Position numbers and translations under genes: made by a program
The notes under the pieces: model-generated
What the model was told of the DNA's origin: nothing
Database searches by the model: none
Seen by the model: only the letters and a program-made list of their open reading frames with translations
In this document: piece by piece, positions 1 through 10,246 of the stretch
Layout: each line of letters starts with the position of its first letter
How positions within the stretch are numbered: position 1 is the stretch's first letter
NCBI GenBank assembly: GCA_965263275.1
Contig: OZ253668.1
Span: 1,855,329-1,919,328 of the forward strand
Length of the DNA stretch: 64,000 bases
Origin: Thermodesulfobacteriota bacterium
Lineage (GTDB): Bacteria > Desulfobacterota_D > UBA1144 > Nemesobacterales > Nemesobacteraceae
Reading direction: 5' to 3'

Positions 1-147
1 GAGTTCTTCCACCACGGATCCAAGCTCCCGGGCCTCTCTTGAGTCGGTTGCTTTTACCGGCACTCCTTTGGAGAGGAGAAATTTTGAAGTCTCCACTCCC
101 GTTACCCCGAGACCGACGACTAAGAATCTGTTTTCCCCAAGTTCCAT
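1..147 (-). CDS. murD: MurD (UDP-N-acetylmuramoylalanine--D-glutamate ligase), N-terminal ~49 codons only; runs off the window
   Basis: ATG at 147 lies a few nt after the mraY stop. Hand translation MELGENRFLVVGLGVTGVETSKFLLSKGVPVKATD shows the Rossmann GxGxxG start. Position after mraY fits dcw gene order. Confidence 0.6.
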   Translation of the reverse strand, partial: MELGENRFLVVGLGVTGVETSKFLLSKGVPVKATDSREARELGSVVEEL

Positions 148-151
148 CTGA

Positions 152-1264
152 TCACCTTATCTTCAGGCTTGAAAGAGCGAGAATAGAAAGAACCACGCAT
201 ATTATCCAGAAACGTACCACTACCTTCGATTCAGCCCATCCGGCAAGCTCGAAATGGTGATGAAGAGGCGTCATCCTGAAGACTCTCTTGCCGGTAGAGC
301 GAAACGAGACCACCTGGATTATCACCGAGAGGGTTTCCACGAAGAATATCCCCCCGGCAATTATCAGAAGTATTTCCTGTTTTATCACGAGAGCGCTGAA
401 TCCTATGGCCGCTCCAAGCGAGAGAGAACCTACGTCTCCCATGAAGACCTGGGCGGGATAGGAGTTGTACCAAAGAAACCCGAGGCAAGCCCCTCCGACC
501 GCCGCGAGAAAAATGGCCAGTTCCCCGGCTCCCTGTACGTGCGGGATCTGCAGGTAGCTTGCAAACTGCAGGTTTCCGGCGAGATAGGCGAAAACTATGT
601 AGGTAGTGGTTACGATGGCGATCGAACCTATGGCCAGACCGTCAAGACCGTCGGTCAGATTCACCGCGTTTGAAGAACCGACGGTGACCAGGAGGGCAAA
701 GAATATGTAGAGATATCCGAAATCTACCACGGCCTGCTTTATGAAGGGAAACACTACGGAGGTCGAGGAATACACCGCGCTTTCCCCGGCCCTCATGGAC
801 ATTGAGAAACCTCCGCTTTCATTCATGCAGAGAATAATCACAAACGTCGCCGCGATGAGCGTCTGGCAGAGAAACTTAACCCTTGCCCTTATCCCCTTTC
901 CTTTCTTTATCTTTATAAAATCGTCGAAAAACCCCAGGATGGCGAAACTTATCATGAACAGAAGTACGAGCATAACCTTGTCTACAAGGAAGTTCGTCCA
1001 GAGAAGGGATGATACGGTTATAGCCATTACGATGAATATTCCTCCCATCGTGGGAGTGCCGGCTTTCGCGGCGTGGCTGCTGGGCCCGTCTTTGCGTATG
1101 GTCTCCTGGAACTGGGCCGCTTTGAGCAAGTCAATCAGCTTTTTCCCGAGGAAAATGCAGAGAAGAAAAGAAGTCAATCCGGCTCCAAAGGAGCGGAAAG
1201 TTATGTACTTAAAAACATTTAGGAAAATAAATTCGTCTTTTAGAAGGTGCAGAAAGTAGAGCAT
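152..1264 (-). CDS. mraY: Phospho-N-acetylmuramoyl-pentapeptide transferase
   Basis: 370-aa polytopic membrane ORF with MraY-typical motifs (NAVNLTDGLDGLA, HHHFE). Sits in dcw context. Confidence 0.95.
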   Translation of the reverse strand: MLYFLHLLKDEFIFLNVFKYITFRSFGAGLTSFLLCIFLGKKLIDLLKAAQFQETIRKDGPSSHAAKAGTPTMGGIFIVMAITVSSLLWTNFLVDKVMLVLLFMISFAILGFFDDFIKIKKGKGIRARVKFLCQTLIAATFVIILCMNESGGFSMSMRAGESAVYSSTSVVFPFIKQAVVDFGYLYIFFALLVTVGSSNAVNLTDGLDGLAIGSIAIVTTTYIVFAYLAGNLQFASYLQIPHVQGAGELAIFLAAVGGACLGFLWYNSYPAQVFMGDVGSLSLGAAIGFSALVIKQEILLIIAGGIFFVETLSVIIQVVSFRSTGKRVFRMTPLHHHFELAGWAESKVVVRFWIICVVLSILALSSLKIR

Positions 1265-1267
1265 GTC

Positions 1268-2653
1268 CTATTTTTTGTAAAGCGTCTGTATTACCGCTTC
1301 CATCTTCATTCCTCGCGATCCTTTTACAAGAACTATGTCGTCCTCCCCGCATGCATCAAGAAGCAGGGCGGCCGCATCCTGCGGGCTCTGCGCTACATGA
1401 CAAGCCGTTTGTCCCCGCACCGCCGATATGAGCGACCGGGAGAATTCTCCCATGGCCACAACCATGTCCAGACCGAGTTTGGAAACATGTTCCCCGATCA
1501 GTTCATGCTCCTTTTCGCTGCTTTCTCCGAGTTCGAGCATATCTCCGAGAACCGCTACCGCTTTCGCCTTACCGTGGCGGTGGCTGGCAAGTTCGTCAAG
1601 TGCCGCGCGCATCGAGTCGGGATTTGCGTTGTATGAGTCGTTTATGATCCTGAAGCCAAACGGGGTACGGATAACTTCAAGGCGCATCGCGGAGGGAATG
1701 TATTTCTCAAGACCGGCCAGTATCTCGTTCATTTCGCATCCAAGCGAATACGCAAGGGCGGAGGCCGAGAGGGCGTTTGAGACGTTGTGTGTGCCTATTC
1801 CCTTTATTCTTGTTTTAGCGGATCGCTTGCCGATCTGTATAGTGAATTCGATGGACTCCATTCCCGCATGACTGATGTCGCTTGCCTTTATGAAAGCCTC
1901 GGGGGAGGTGACTCCGTACGTGATTTTCTGGCAGCTTGCACGGTCGGCTATTTTCTTCACCCACGGATCATCAACGTTTACGCAGAAGGTGTTTTCCTCG
2001 CCGAAGTTCTCAACCAGCTCGCCCTTTGCCCTCGCGACTCCTTCAAGGTCCTTCATCTCCTCCAGGTGGGCTTTTCCTATCGTGGTGATCGTTCCCACAT
2101 CGGGCGAGGCCACCTCGGCAAGGGTTCTTATTTCCCCGAAAGAGTTCATTCCCATCTCAAGCACGCAGAAATCGTGCTCCTCCTCCAGTTTCAGCAGGTT
2201 AAGCGGAAGACCTATATGGTTGTTCAGGTTGCCGTAGGTGCTGAGCACGTTGCCTGATACAGACAGTATGCTGTGAGTCATGTTTTTGGTTGTAGTCTTT
2301 CCGTTAGAACCCGTAATGGCGGCGACGCGGAGATCGGGAAACGAATTTCTCCAGTGTTTTGACATCTCAAGCAGGGCTTTTTGCGTGGATTCGACCTTTA
2401 TTATTGCGCCGCAGTTATGCTTTGTGCCCTGTATTTGCGGGTCTTTTTCCACTAGCGCGCCCACCGAACCTTTTTCAAAGGCTTCGGCGACGTAATTGTG
2501 ACCGTCGAAATTGGGTCCCTCTATGGCGACGAAAAGCTGGCTTTTTTTTATCTTTCTGGAATCGATGCAGACCCCGGAAGCTCCAACCGGCATCTTGCCG
2601 CCGACAAGGCTGCCCCCGGTGGAATCTAGCAGAAAATCAAGGCTGAATCTCAA
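1268..2653 (-). CDS. murF: UDP-MurNAc-tripeptide--D-alanyl-D-alanine ligase
   Basis: Mur ligase P-loop ITGSNGKTTTK. Lies between murE and mraY. Confidence 0.9.
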   Translation of the reverse strand: MRFSLDFLLDSTGGSLVGGKMPVGASGVCIDSRKIKKSQLFVAIEGPNFDGHNYVAEAFEKGSVGALVEKDPQIQGTKHNCGAIIKVESTQKALLEMSKHWRNSFPDLRVAAITGSNGKTTTKNMTHSILSVSGNVLSTYGNLNNHIGLPLNLLKLEEEHDFCVLEMGMNSFGEIRTLAEVASPDVGTITTIGKAHLEEMKDLEGVARAKGELVENFGEENTFCVNVDDPWVKKIADRASCQKITYGVTSPEAFIKASDISHAGMESIEFTIQIGKRSAKTRIKGIGTHNVSNALSASALAYSLGCEMNEILAGLEKYIPSAMRLEVIRTPFGFRIINDSYNANPDSMRAALDELASHRHGKAKAVAVLGDMLELGESSEKEHELIGEHVSKLGLDMVVAMGEFSRSLISAVRGQTACHVAQSPQDAAALLLDACGEDDIVLVKGSRGMKMEAVIQTLYKK

Positions 2654-4152
2654 AGTCCTCTCCTGCTCCTGGCTTCAAGGTATTTCTCTGCGATTTTCCT
2701 GTCGTCAAAATGGATCTTCCCGGTACCGATTATCTGGTAGTCTTCGTGCCCTTTTCCCGCTATCAGGATTATGTCTCCGCGTCTGGCTGCAGCCACGGCG
2801 TGTTTTATGGCTTCTTCCCTGTCGGTTATGATCAGGGTCCCCAGGTCCTGGGGCTCTATCCCTTCGGTCATATCCGCGATTATCCCGTCCGGGTCTTCCG
2901 TTCTTGGGTTATCCGAAGTCACTATCAGCATGTCCGAGTATCTGCGCCCGATCGCGGCCATGAGGGGCCGTTTCCCCCTGTCCCTGTCTCCGCCGCAACC
3001 CACCAGGGTGATGAGCTTCTCCGCACAGAAGGGTTTTAGGCACTCAAGCACGTTCTCAAGTGCGTCGGGAGTGTGAGCATAATCTACGAAAACATCTATT
3101 CCCAGGGCATTTTCAATTTTCTCGAGTCTTCCTGGTACGCGCCTGAGTTCACTCAGCGCTCTCCCGGTTGTCCCAGGGGACGAACCGAGAGAGAGGAGTG
3201 TTCCGGTTGCCGCCATCATGTTATAGAGGTTGTGTTTCCCCATGAGTTTTGAGTCAAGTTCCACCTTGCCCCACGGGGTGGCCAGTATGGCCTTTATGCC
3301 TCCTGAATCAAGCGTTAAATGCTCCGCGAATACAACTGAGTCTTTTTTTTTCGTGGAAAACGTTATTTTTTGCCCTTTTTTCGGGACGGATATCCTGTCT
3401 GCGAAAGGATCGTCCGCGTTTATTATCGAGAACACCTCTTTTTTCGCGCTTCTCTCGAGAACTTCCGAGAAAAGCCTTTCCTTGGCCCTGAAGTAAGCTT
3501 CAAGCGTCTGGTGGTAGTCCAGATGATCCTGGGTGAGGTTCGTGAATATCGCCGCGTCAAAATGACATCCATCGACCCTTTTTAGGTCAAGGGCGTGCGA
3601 GGATACCTCGAGCGTGACATTCGTCACTCCGGCGTCTTTCATCTCTCGCAGCATGCTCATAAAAGCGATGGGATCGGGTGTAGTAAGGGAAGCGGCTTCG
3701 GTTTTCCCCATGTATCTGTTCTCTATGGTTCCCAGAAGTCCCGTGTTTACCCCTTCGGCCTTCCAGCCGGCTTCGATCATGTGGGACACGGTGGTTTTTC
3801 CGTTGGTTCCTGTCACCCCCACGACCTTCATTGCCAGGGAAGGGTGGTCGTGGAAATTGGAGGCGACGATGGAGGCTGCGGCCCTTGAGTCGTCTGCTTT
3901 CGCGACGGGAACCCCGAGGCTTGGAATTTCTTCTGAAACATCCTCAAGCAGAAGCGCCGCCGCCCCTTTTTTTACCGCCGAGGCGGCGTACATGTGCCCG
4001 TCAGTGACTTTGCCCCTGATAGCTATAAAAAGGGAACCCGGTTCCACGTTCTGCGAGTTGAGAGTTATTCCTGTAATTTCCGTATCTCCCGGATTCTGCG
4101 ATCCAGTTAACGTTTCAATTCCCGCGTTCTTCAGAACATCTGCTAATCTCAT
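2650..4152 (-). CDS. murE: UDP-MurNAc-L-Ala-D-Glu--2,6-diaminopimelate ligase
   Basis: GVTGTNGKTT P-loop and the DNPR motif (TSDNPRTEDP) typical of meso-DAP-adding MurE. 4-nt overlaps with both neighbours. Confidence 0.92.
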   Translation of the reverse strand: MRLADVLKNAGIETLTGSQNPGDTEITGITLNSQNVEPGSLFIAIRGKVTDGHMYAASAVKKGAAALLLEDVSEEIPSLGVPVAKADDSRAAASIVASNFHDHPSLAMKVVGVTGTNGKTTVSHMIEAGWKAEGVNTGLLGTIENRYMGKTEAASLTTPDPIAFMSMLREMKDAGVTNVTLEVSSHALDLKRVDGCHFDAAIFTNLTQDHLDYHQTLEAYFRAKERLFSEVLERSAKKEVFSIINADDPFADRISVPKKGQKITFSTKKKDSVVFAEHLTLDSGGIKAILATPWGKVELDSKLMGKHNLYNMMAATGTLLSLGSSPGTTGRALSELRRVPGRLEKIENALGIDVFVDYAHTPDALENVLECLKPFCAEKLITLVGCGGDRDRGKRPLMAAIGRRYSDMLIVTSDNPRTEDPDGIIADMTEGIEPQDLGTLIITDREEAIKHAVAAARRGDIILIAGKGHEDYQIIGTGKIHFDDRKIAEKYLEARSRRGL

Positions 4153-6032
4153 ATGTTCTGTTTAAGGGTAAAAGTGCAGTCTGTTCCCCTTCTTATTCTT
4201 TTTCCTGAGGGTGGGTGTTGGCTGACCACGTAGCCGCTTCCTATGAACCTGACTGAGATTTCCTCCTGCTCCGCCCACTTCATTACGGCTCTTGCGCTTT
4301 TGTTCGCCATGTCCGGCATGACCGTTTCCTCGATTCTTTCCTCGCGTGGCGGTATGTGCATGTAAAACAGGACTTTTTCAGTTATGGACTTGAAAATGGG
4401 AGCCGCGACTACTCCTCCGTAAGTGTGCTTTCTTGGGTTCTCGGCAATTACCACGAGGGCAAGGCGCGGATCATCAGCGGGAGCGAACCCGATGAACGAC
4501 GAAAGATATCTGCTTTTGTAATAAGTGCCGGTTTCCGGATTGGCCATCTGCGCCGTGCCTGTTTTTCCGGCGACTCTGTAGCCGGAGATCCTGGCGTTTT
4601 TGCCCGTGCCGTTTTCCACCACTTGTTCAAGAATTGTGGTAATCTTCGAAGCCGTATCGTAGGAAACGACTCTTTTTAGCACCTCAGGGTTCTTTTCCAG
4701 GAGAACTTTTCCTTCCGGCGACACGATTTTCTTCACGATGTACGGTTTCATCAGGTATCCACCGTTTGCGATGCTTGAAAGCGCTGTTGCCAGTTGAATA
4801 GCCGTTACCGATATTCCCTGTCCGAACGATATCGTCGCCAGTTCTATATCTCCCCAGTTTCTCAGGTTCTGTATTTTTCCGCTGGCTTCTCCCGGAAGAT
4901 CCACTCCGACCGTCTTTCCAAAACCGAAATTTCTAAGCGAATCGTGAAGTTTTTTCTTCCCAAGGGTTTTCCCCATCTTCCAGGCGCATATGTTGCTTGA
5001 ATACGTTATGGTCTCGGAAACGGTCAGGATTCCATGGCCGCCGTGCACATCCTTTATTACGTTTGAGCCTATTCTTTGCTTTCCGTTCTCGCAGTCATAC
5101 TCGGTGTTCTCATCACCCATTTTTTCTTCAAGCAGCGTTGCGGCCAAAAACACCTTAAGAGTGGACCCGGGCTCAAAGGACATCCATACGGGCAGATTCT
5201 TTCTCGTTTCCTGGGAGAACTCATCGAAGCGGTTCGGATCGAAAAACGGATAGGAAGCCATGGCAAGTATCTCGCCGGTCTGGGGGTTCATCAAAAGGGC
5301 GGCTCCCCTGTCCGCCTTCATTTCTCTTAAGCCCTTCTCAAGCGCGGTTTCCGTTATGTGCTGTATATTGGAATCCACGGTAAGCAGCACGTCGTTTCCC
5401 TTTGTCGACTGCTCTTTTGCATTGAGAAGGATGTTGGATATGCGGTTTCCCCTGCCGTCGGTTCTGACTCTGACCGTGGCGGGTTTGCCGGCAAGCGTCT
5501 TCTCGAAGCCGTATTCAAGACCCTCTACTCCCTTAAGATCGATGTTAGTGAATCCGAGCGCCTGTCCAAGCAGGGAACCGTTGGGATAGATTCTTTTCGG
5601 TTCTTCGGCGAAGCCGACCCCTGAGATGCTCATGGCCTCTATTTTCTTTGCGGTCTCGGAATCCTCTCCTCTTTTGATCCATACGAAAGGCTTCTCGGAG
5701 CGCGTGGCTTTGAGCAGCTTCTTGCGGGAGAGACCAAGCGGTTTCGATATTGCCCGTGCGAGCTTGTCCGGGTCTTTTACTTTCTTGGGATTTACATAGA
5801 TCGAAGTTGCCCAGACGCTTGTGGCCAGGGGCTTTTTATTCCGGTCATACAAGGTCCCCCGTACAGGAGGCATTTTGTAAACCCTGCTATGCTGTTTTTT
5901 CGCGCCCGCGGAGAACTTGTCGCTTTGGAGTACCTGGATTTCAAAGGACCTGTATCCAAGAGCCACAAAGAGGCCGGTAATAAAAATCGTGGCGAGATAA
6001 AATTTCCATTTTCCTTTTCTAGAAGTCTTCAT
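4149..6032 (-). CDS. ftsI: Peptidoglycan D,D-transpeptidase (class B PBP, FtsI-like)
   Basis: N-terminal TM segment plus SxxK (GSTLKVF), SxN (YSSNI) and KTGTA motifs. dcw position. Confidence 0.9.
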   Translation of the reverse strand: MKTSRKGKWKFYLATIFITGLFVALGYRSFEIQVLQSDKFSAGAKKQHSRVYKMPPVRGTLYDRNKKPLATSVWATSIYVNPKKVKDPDKLARAISKPLGLSRKKLLKATRSEKPFVWIKRGEDSETAKKIEAMSISGVGFAEEPKRIYPNGSLLGQALGFTNIDLKGVEGLEYGFEKTLAGKPATVRVRTDGRGNRISNILLNAKEQSTKGNDVLLTVDSNIQHITETALEKGLREMKADRGAALLMNPQTGEILAMASYPFFDPNRFDEFSQETRKNLPVWMSFEPGSTLKVFLAATLLEEKMGDENTEYDCENGKQRIGSNVIKDVHGGHGILTVSETITYSSNICAWKMGKTLGKKKLHDSLRNFGFGKTVGVDLPGEASGKIQNLRNWGDIELATISFGQGISVTAIQLATALSSIANGGYLMKPYIVKKIVSPEGKVLLEKNPEVLKRVVSYDTASKITTILEQVVENGTGKNARISGYRVAGKTGTAQMANPETGTYYKSRYLSSFIGFAPADDPRLALVVIAENPRKHTYGGVVAAPIFKSITEKVLFYMHIPPREERIEETVMPDMANKSARAVMKWAEQEEISVRFIGSGYVVSQHPPSGKRIRRGTDCTFTLKQNI

Positions 6033-6352
6033 TCTGCTTTTCCAGCAAGTACTACCTCTTCAACGAAAACGACATCCTTATAAGTGGCAAACCTGAACCC
6101 CATTTTTTTTGCCACGGGTTCCAGAAATTCCGGGGACTTGAGTTTTGAGAGTTCATAGTTGAGAATCTGGCCTTCCTTTATGAACTCCCTTTCCGTTTCT
6201 TTATTTTGGGAGATCTGGTAACCGGTTCTCGTGTATTCAATCTTGACGCGCAAAAAGCAAAGGGCCGTTACAAACAAGACCCCGAGGATGATCGCGGTGC
6301 GCAGGGAAAATCCACTCTCTTTTTTCTTGCTTACGGAAAGCTTTCTTCTCAT
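6029..6352 (-). CDS. ftsL: Cell division protein FtsL-like (small bitopic protein)
   Basis: Internal Met (MRRKLSVSKKK...) starts just after the rsmH stop. One TM helix followed by a coiled region. The longer ORF to 6505 would overlap rsmH by ~150 nt. Confidence 0.55.
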   Translation of the reverse strand: MRRKLSVSKKKESGFSLRTAIILGVLFVTALCFLRVKIEYTRTGYQISQNKETEREFIKEGQILNYELSKLKSPEFLEPVAKKMGFRFATYKDVVFVEEVVLAGKAE

Positions 6353-6357
6353 TGTGG

Positions 6358-7347
6358 TTATACCCCTTCTGCTACTCTCATTTTTGAACTTCTCGCTCTG
6401 GGATTTTCCTCCACCTCGCTTTTCCCGGGTCTTACGACCGAACGGGTCACTATCCTTATCTGCTGAACTTTTTCGCACGCGCATACGGGAAGGTCTGGAG
6501 GACAAACACAGGGAGAGTCAAGTTTCCTGAACATGTTTTTAACTATTCTGTCTTCAAGCGAGTGGAAAGAGATTATCGCCAGTCTCGCTCCGGTCTTTAG
6601 AATCTTCACGGCTTCTTCGATAAAGATCTCCAGGTTGTCTAGTTCGTTGTTAATCGAGATTCGAAGCGCCTGAAAAGTCTTGGTCGCTGGATGCGTCTTT
6701 TTCGGGTGAAACTTTTTCGGTATTGAGTTTGAGATTATTGAGGCCAGCTCGAAAGAGGTCTGTATGGGTTTTTTGGCCCTGCTTTTCACTATCGAGCTTG
6801 CGATTCTCCGTGCGAATTTCTCTTCACCGTATGTTTTCAGTATGTATTCGAGTTCTTCGCTTTTCATTTCGTTTACAAGATCGTAAGCGGAGAACTGAAG
6901 CCCCCCGTCCATTCTCATGTCCAGAAACTCGTTTTTCTTAAAGCTGAATCCCTTGCCGCTTCGCTCAAGCTGAAAAGATGAGATTCCCAGGTCGGCGACG
7001 ATACCGTCCACGTACTCTATTCCCAAGGAGTTGACCGTGCTTTTTATGTGTATGAAATTCCTGTTTACCATCTCTACTTTTTCTTCGCTGGCCGAAAGCC
7101 TGCCTTTCGCAAGAGAGATCGCGGCCTGATCAACATCCATCCCTATTAGCTTTGATATTGAAGGATATTTATTGAGAAGGCACTCGGAGTGTCCGCCGAG
7201 ACCCACGGTTGCGTCGACCACTACGGCGTCCTCCGGCAGATCAAGGTACTCGACTACCTCTTTTACCATGACGGGGAAGTGGAACTGTTCCTGGGGCTCA
7301 GAGCCTAAGGCCGCGGCTTTTATTCTCTTAGAGTCCATATCCGGCAA
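6358..7347 (-). CDS. rsmH: 16S rRNA (cytosine1402-N4)-methyltransferase
   Basis: MraW-family sequence (HxPVM..., DATxGxGGHS, SFHSLEDRIVK). Confidence 0.93.
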   Translation of the reverse strand: MPDMDSKRIKAAALGSEPQEQFHFPVMVKEVVEYLDLPEDAVVVDATVGLGGHSECLLNKYPSISKLIGMDVDQAAISLAKGRLSASEEKVEMVNRNFIHIKSTVNSLGIEYVDGIVADLGISSFQLERSGKGFSFKKNEFLDMRMDGGLQFSAYDLVNEMKSEELEYILKTYGEEKFARRIASSIVKSRAKKPIQTSFELASIISNSIPKKFHPKKTHPATKTFQALRISINNELDNLEIFIEEAVKILKTGARLAIISFHSLEDRIVKNMFRKLDSPCVCPPDLPVCACEKVQQIRIVTRSVVRPGKSEVEENPRARSSKMRVAEGV

Positions 7348-7774
7348 GCACCTCTCTGCTCTCTATGAAGTTATCAAATGCCTCGGAACCATTTTCCTTT
7401 TCCCATATCTCTTTTGACCATATCTCTATTTTTTTCAGCATGCCGACCAGAATGACTTCTGTTTCAATGGCTGCGTATGAACGCAGCGACTGGGGAATCA
7501 GCACTCTTCCCTGGTTGTCTATGGGGCAGTCAACCGCGTTTCCCATGAGATAGCGTATTGAAGAGGTCACCTGGCTGTCGGTTATGGAGATCTTGGAGAG
7601 CTTCTTTTCAAGCTCGTTCCATTCCCTCATGGGGTAGGCGATCAGGTAGCGGTCAAAGTTCGTAACTACGAAGGTCTCGTCGGAATATTTTTTCCTGCAG
7701 ACCTCCCTGAACTTTGAAGGAATGCTGACCCTTCCGGTCTTGCTCATAGTGTGTTCGTATCTTCCTCTGAACAT
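7328..7774 (-). CDS. mraZ: Transcriptional regulator MraZ
   Basis: 148 aa with duplicated SpoVT/AbrB-like halves (GRVSIPSKFR / GRVLIPQSLR). First gene of the dcw cluster. Confidence 0.9.
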   Translation of the reverse strand: MFRGRYEHTMSKTGRVSIPSKFREVCRKKYSDETFVVTNFDRYLIAYPMREWNELEKKLSKISITDSQVTSSIRYLMGNAVDCPIDNQGRVLIPQSLRSYAAIETEVILVGMLKKIEIWSKEIWEKENGSEAFDNFIESREVLAGYGL

Positions 7775-7788
7775 TTTATGCTACTTCC

Positions 7789-7824
7789 TGCCATTCTATG
7801 CCAAAATATATTCCTCTCATGCCA
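7789..7824 (-). promoter_or_regulatory. Three phased TGGCA boxes upstream of mraZ (candidate MraZ operator)
   Basis: Plus-strand tgcca at 7789-7793, 7799-7803 and 7820-7824, spaced 10 and 21 bp, 15-50 nt upstream of the mraZ ATG. Confidence 0.3.
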
Positions 7825-8004
7825 ATTCATAAATTATAAAAAAACAGAGGAAAAGTCAAGTAACATTTTGAAATAGTTAATCTTTTCAATGAGCGAGCGG
7901 TGAAAACATAAAACTAGATGTTGCTTTAATAATGGATGCTGCCGGTGTGAGATTTAAGAAAAAATACTATCTGTTGGGTACGGGATTCTACTTGTTGGCT
8001 TATT

Positions 8005-8313
8005 TTGTATATACTCTCATCCAAAGACCTTAATTTTACGGGTGAGGTTCAGTTTGAATTCGATTGGGGGAAAATGTCTGTTTTTTTTATAAAACTTGCG
8101 GATAAGAGCTCCAATGTTCTTTTGCAGTCGATACTTGGCACTTACGGGCACCTGATGTGGGTGAGGACCGAGGTGCCGCAGGAGATGATAGTCAAGGTAA
8201 TCAGTACCCCTGAACTTGCTTCGGAAACGCGCAGGGTGCTTGAAGCGCTAAGAGGGGAAATAGAGTTTGAGTTTGTCGACCCTCCGCAGGGCGGTGATTT
8301 GCCGGGGGGCTAG
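8005..8313 (+). CDS. Hypothetical small protein (coding status uncertain)
   Basis: 102-aa ORF in the mraZ/murJ divergent intergenic region. No recognisable motif. Confidence 0.25.
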   Translation: MYILSSKDLNFTGEVQFEFDWGKMSVFFIKLADKSSNVLLQSILGTYGHLMWVRTEVPQEMIVKVISTPELASETRRVLEALRGEIEFEFVDPPQGGDLPGG

Positions 8314-8320
8314 GATTTTT

Positions 8321-9874
8321 ATGGAAATCAAGGAAGATCATAAGCGCAAGTGGGGTCTTGTAGGTTTCCTCACCCTTCTAAGCAGGATCGTCGGATACCT
8401 GCGGGACGTTGTGGTGGCGGCGCTTTTCGGAGCGGGTTTTCAAACCGACGCTTTCTATGTCGCGTTCCGCATCCCCAACCTGCTGCGCCGCCTTTTCGCC
8501 GAGGGATCCCTGGCGGCGATTTTCGTACCTGTATTCTCGGAGTATCTTGGATCGGGTGACAGGCGGGAGGCGAAAAACGCCCTGCGTTCCGCGTTCACCG
8601 TACTTTTCATCATTCTTGTTTTCGTGGTAGTGCTGGGAGTAATTTTTTCCCCCTGGCTTGTGAAGCTTTTCGCCTACGGATTCGATCAGAAGACTTTCGA
8701 TCTGGCTGTCTATCTCAACAGGCTTATTTTTCCCTACGTACTTTTGATCTCTCTTACGGCCTTGGCTATGGGGGTTCTTAACTCCCTAAGGCATTTTTTC
8801 GCTCCGGCTTTTTCTCCGGTTCTTTTTAACCTGGGCATAATAGCAAGCGCCCTGTTTCTTTACACAGAACTCGATGTGCCTGTGGTTTCTCTTTGCTTCG
8901 GAGTTCTTGGAGGAGGGGTGCTGCAGCTGCTGCTCCACCTGTTTTATCTTCGCGAAAAAAAGTTCATGTTCGGGTTCACGAGAACCCTCAATCACCCGGC
9001 GGTCAGGAAACTCGCGATACTCATGTTCCCCCAGCTTTTCGGGATAGCGGTCTACAACCTAAATATACTAGTGAACACCCAGTACGCGTCTTTTATGTCT
9101 GAGGGAACGGTTTCCTATCTTTATTTCGCGGAGAGGATAATAGAGTTCCCCCTCGGGGTGGTCGCCGTTTCCCTTGCGACCGTCATGCTTCCCGCGCTTT
9201 CAGGCTACGCCGCAAGGGAGGATTACGGGGGCTTCGGCACAGAATATTTGCGCTCACTCAGGCGCATGCTGTTTATAATGGTGCCCGCTATGGTAGGGAT
9301 AGTTGCCTTGCGGGTTCCCCTCTGCAACTTCCTTTACCAGCATGGCGAATTTGATTACGTGGCGGTTATGAACACTTCTCAGGCAATTCTGGGCTACGGC
9401 CTCGGGCTTTTCGCCGTGGGAGGAATTCGCATCACAGTACCCGCCTTTTTCGCTCTTCAAGATACAAAGACGCCGGTCAAAGTGGCGTTTTTCTGTTTCC
9501 TGCTGAACGCGGTCTGTGGGTTCGTTCTGGGATTTGTCTTTTCGCTTGACCATTTCGGTCTGGCCCTTGCGAGTTCGATTTCTTCTGTGATGAACTTTAT
9601 TCTGCTTGTGGTTCTTCTAAACGGCCGTCTGGGAGATTTTCTCTCCCGAGAGATTCTCTTCTTTTCCCTTAAAATTCTCGCGATCGCGGTTGTCATGGGT
9701 TTTGCGGTAAGTGCTGTTGCCGGTTTCTTTACGTGGAACGAGACTGGTTTTTCCATCGATAAGACGCTTGTTATGGTTGCCTCGGTTGCTGTCGGCATTA
9801 TCCTTTACTTTTTGCTCGCAAGACTTCTCGGAATAAAGGAAGTGCGGATGTTTTCTTCTATGAAAAAAGGATGA
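8321..9874 (+). CDS. murJ: Lipid II flippase MurJ (MviN family)
   Basis: Polytopic ORF. N-terminus ...LSRIVGYLRDVVVAALFGAGFQTDAFYVAFRIPNLLRRLFAEGSL is the canonical MurJ start. ATG at 8321 preferred over 8267. Confidence 0.9.
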   Translation: MEIKEDHKRKWGLVGFLTLLSRIVGYLRDVVVAALFGAGFQTDAFYVAFRIPNLLRRLFAEGSLAAIFVPVFSEYLGSGDRREAKNALRSAFTVLFIILVFVVVLGVIFSPWLVKLFAYGFDQKTFDLAVYLNRLIFPYVLLISLTALAMGVLNSLRHFFAPAFSPVLFNLGIIASALFLYTELDVPVVSLCFGVLGGGVLQLLLHLFYLREKKFMFGFTRTLNHPAVRKLAILMFPQLFGIAVYNLNILVNTQYASFMSEGTVSYLYFAERIIEFPLGVVAVSLATVMLPALSGYAAREDYGGFGTEYLRSLRRMLFIMVPAMVGIVALRVPLCNFLYQHGEFDYVAVMNTSQAILGYGLGLFAVGGIRITVPAFFALQDTKTPVKVAFFCFLLNAVCGFVLGFVFSLDHFGLALASSISSVMNFILLVVLLNGRLGDFLSREILFFSLKILAIAVVMGFAVSAVAGFFTWNETGFSIDKTLVMVASVAVGIILYFLLARLLGIKEVRMFSSMKKG

Positions 9875-10246
9875 TTCGGATCGGGCACGATAGCCTATCA
9901 TTAAACACACATTGTAAAGTCTCCATCGAATTTTCCATCGTTTTGATTAAAAGGACCGGGGCTGAAGGGCTCGTGTTCCTAGCCAGCTGTGGTGACAGTA
10001 CCAGAGAAGGAAAGGTACCCGTTCTTATCTCTTGAGAGGAAAGGGATGGGATGAAGGCACTTATATGGTTCTGTCCGCGGGCAGTTGGCGGAGAAGATGT
10101 ATTCGGGCCGTGGCTGTGTTCCTGCACATAGTTAATCATGAAATCCCCCAGAGTGCCTTGACTCTGAGCCGGTTTTGAGTTTAAAATAGAAACGAACGGT
10201 TGGTTGTTACTTGCTGGTCATTACAAAACTGGAAGGTTCCGATCAA

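Noticed and set aside
6353-6505. N-terminal extension of the ftsL-like ORF; also the extended starts at 8267 (murJ), 10204 (SRCR), 33039 (acyl-CoA ligase), 34682 (monooxygenase), 43443 (istA), 53097 (ALDH) and 56136 (gene A)
   Set aside because: The extensions overlap upstream genes or lack an RBS. Internal starts with Shine-Dalgarno sequences give N-termini that match the family norms.
9858-10139. 93-aa minus-strand ORF in the murJ/SRCR intergenic region; a short match (ggggatttcatga) to the start region of the gene at 40100 suggested another family remnant
   Set aside because: Translation in all frames shows none of the family motifs (GDWNDG, [VF][YV]IH[PS]). The match is too short to be meaningful.
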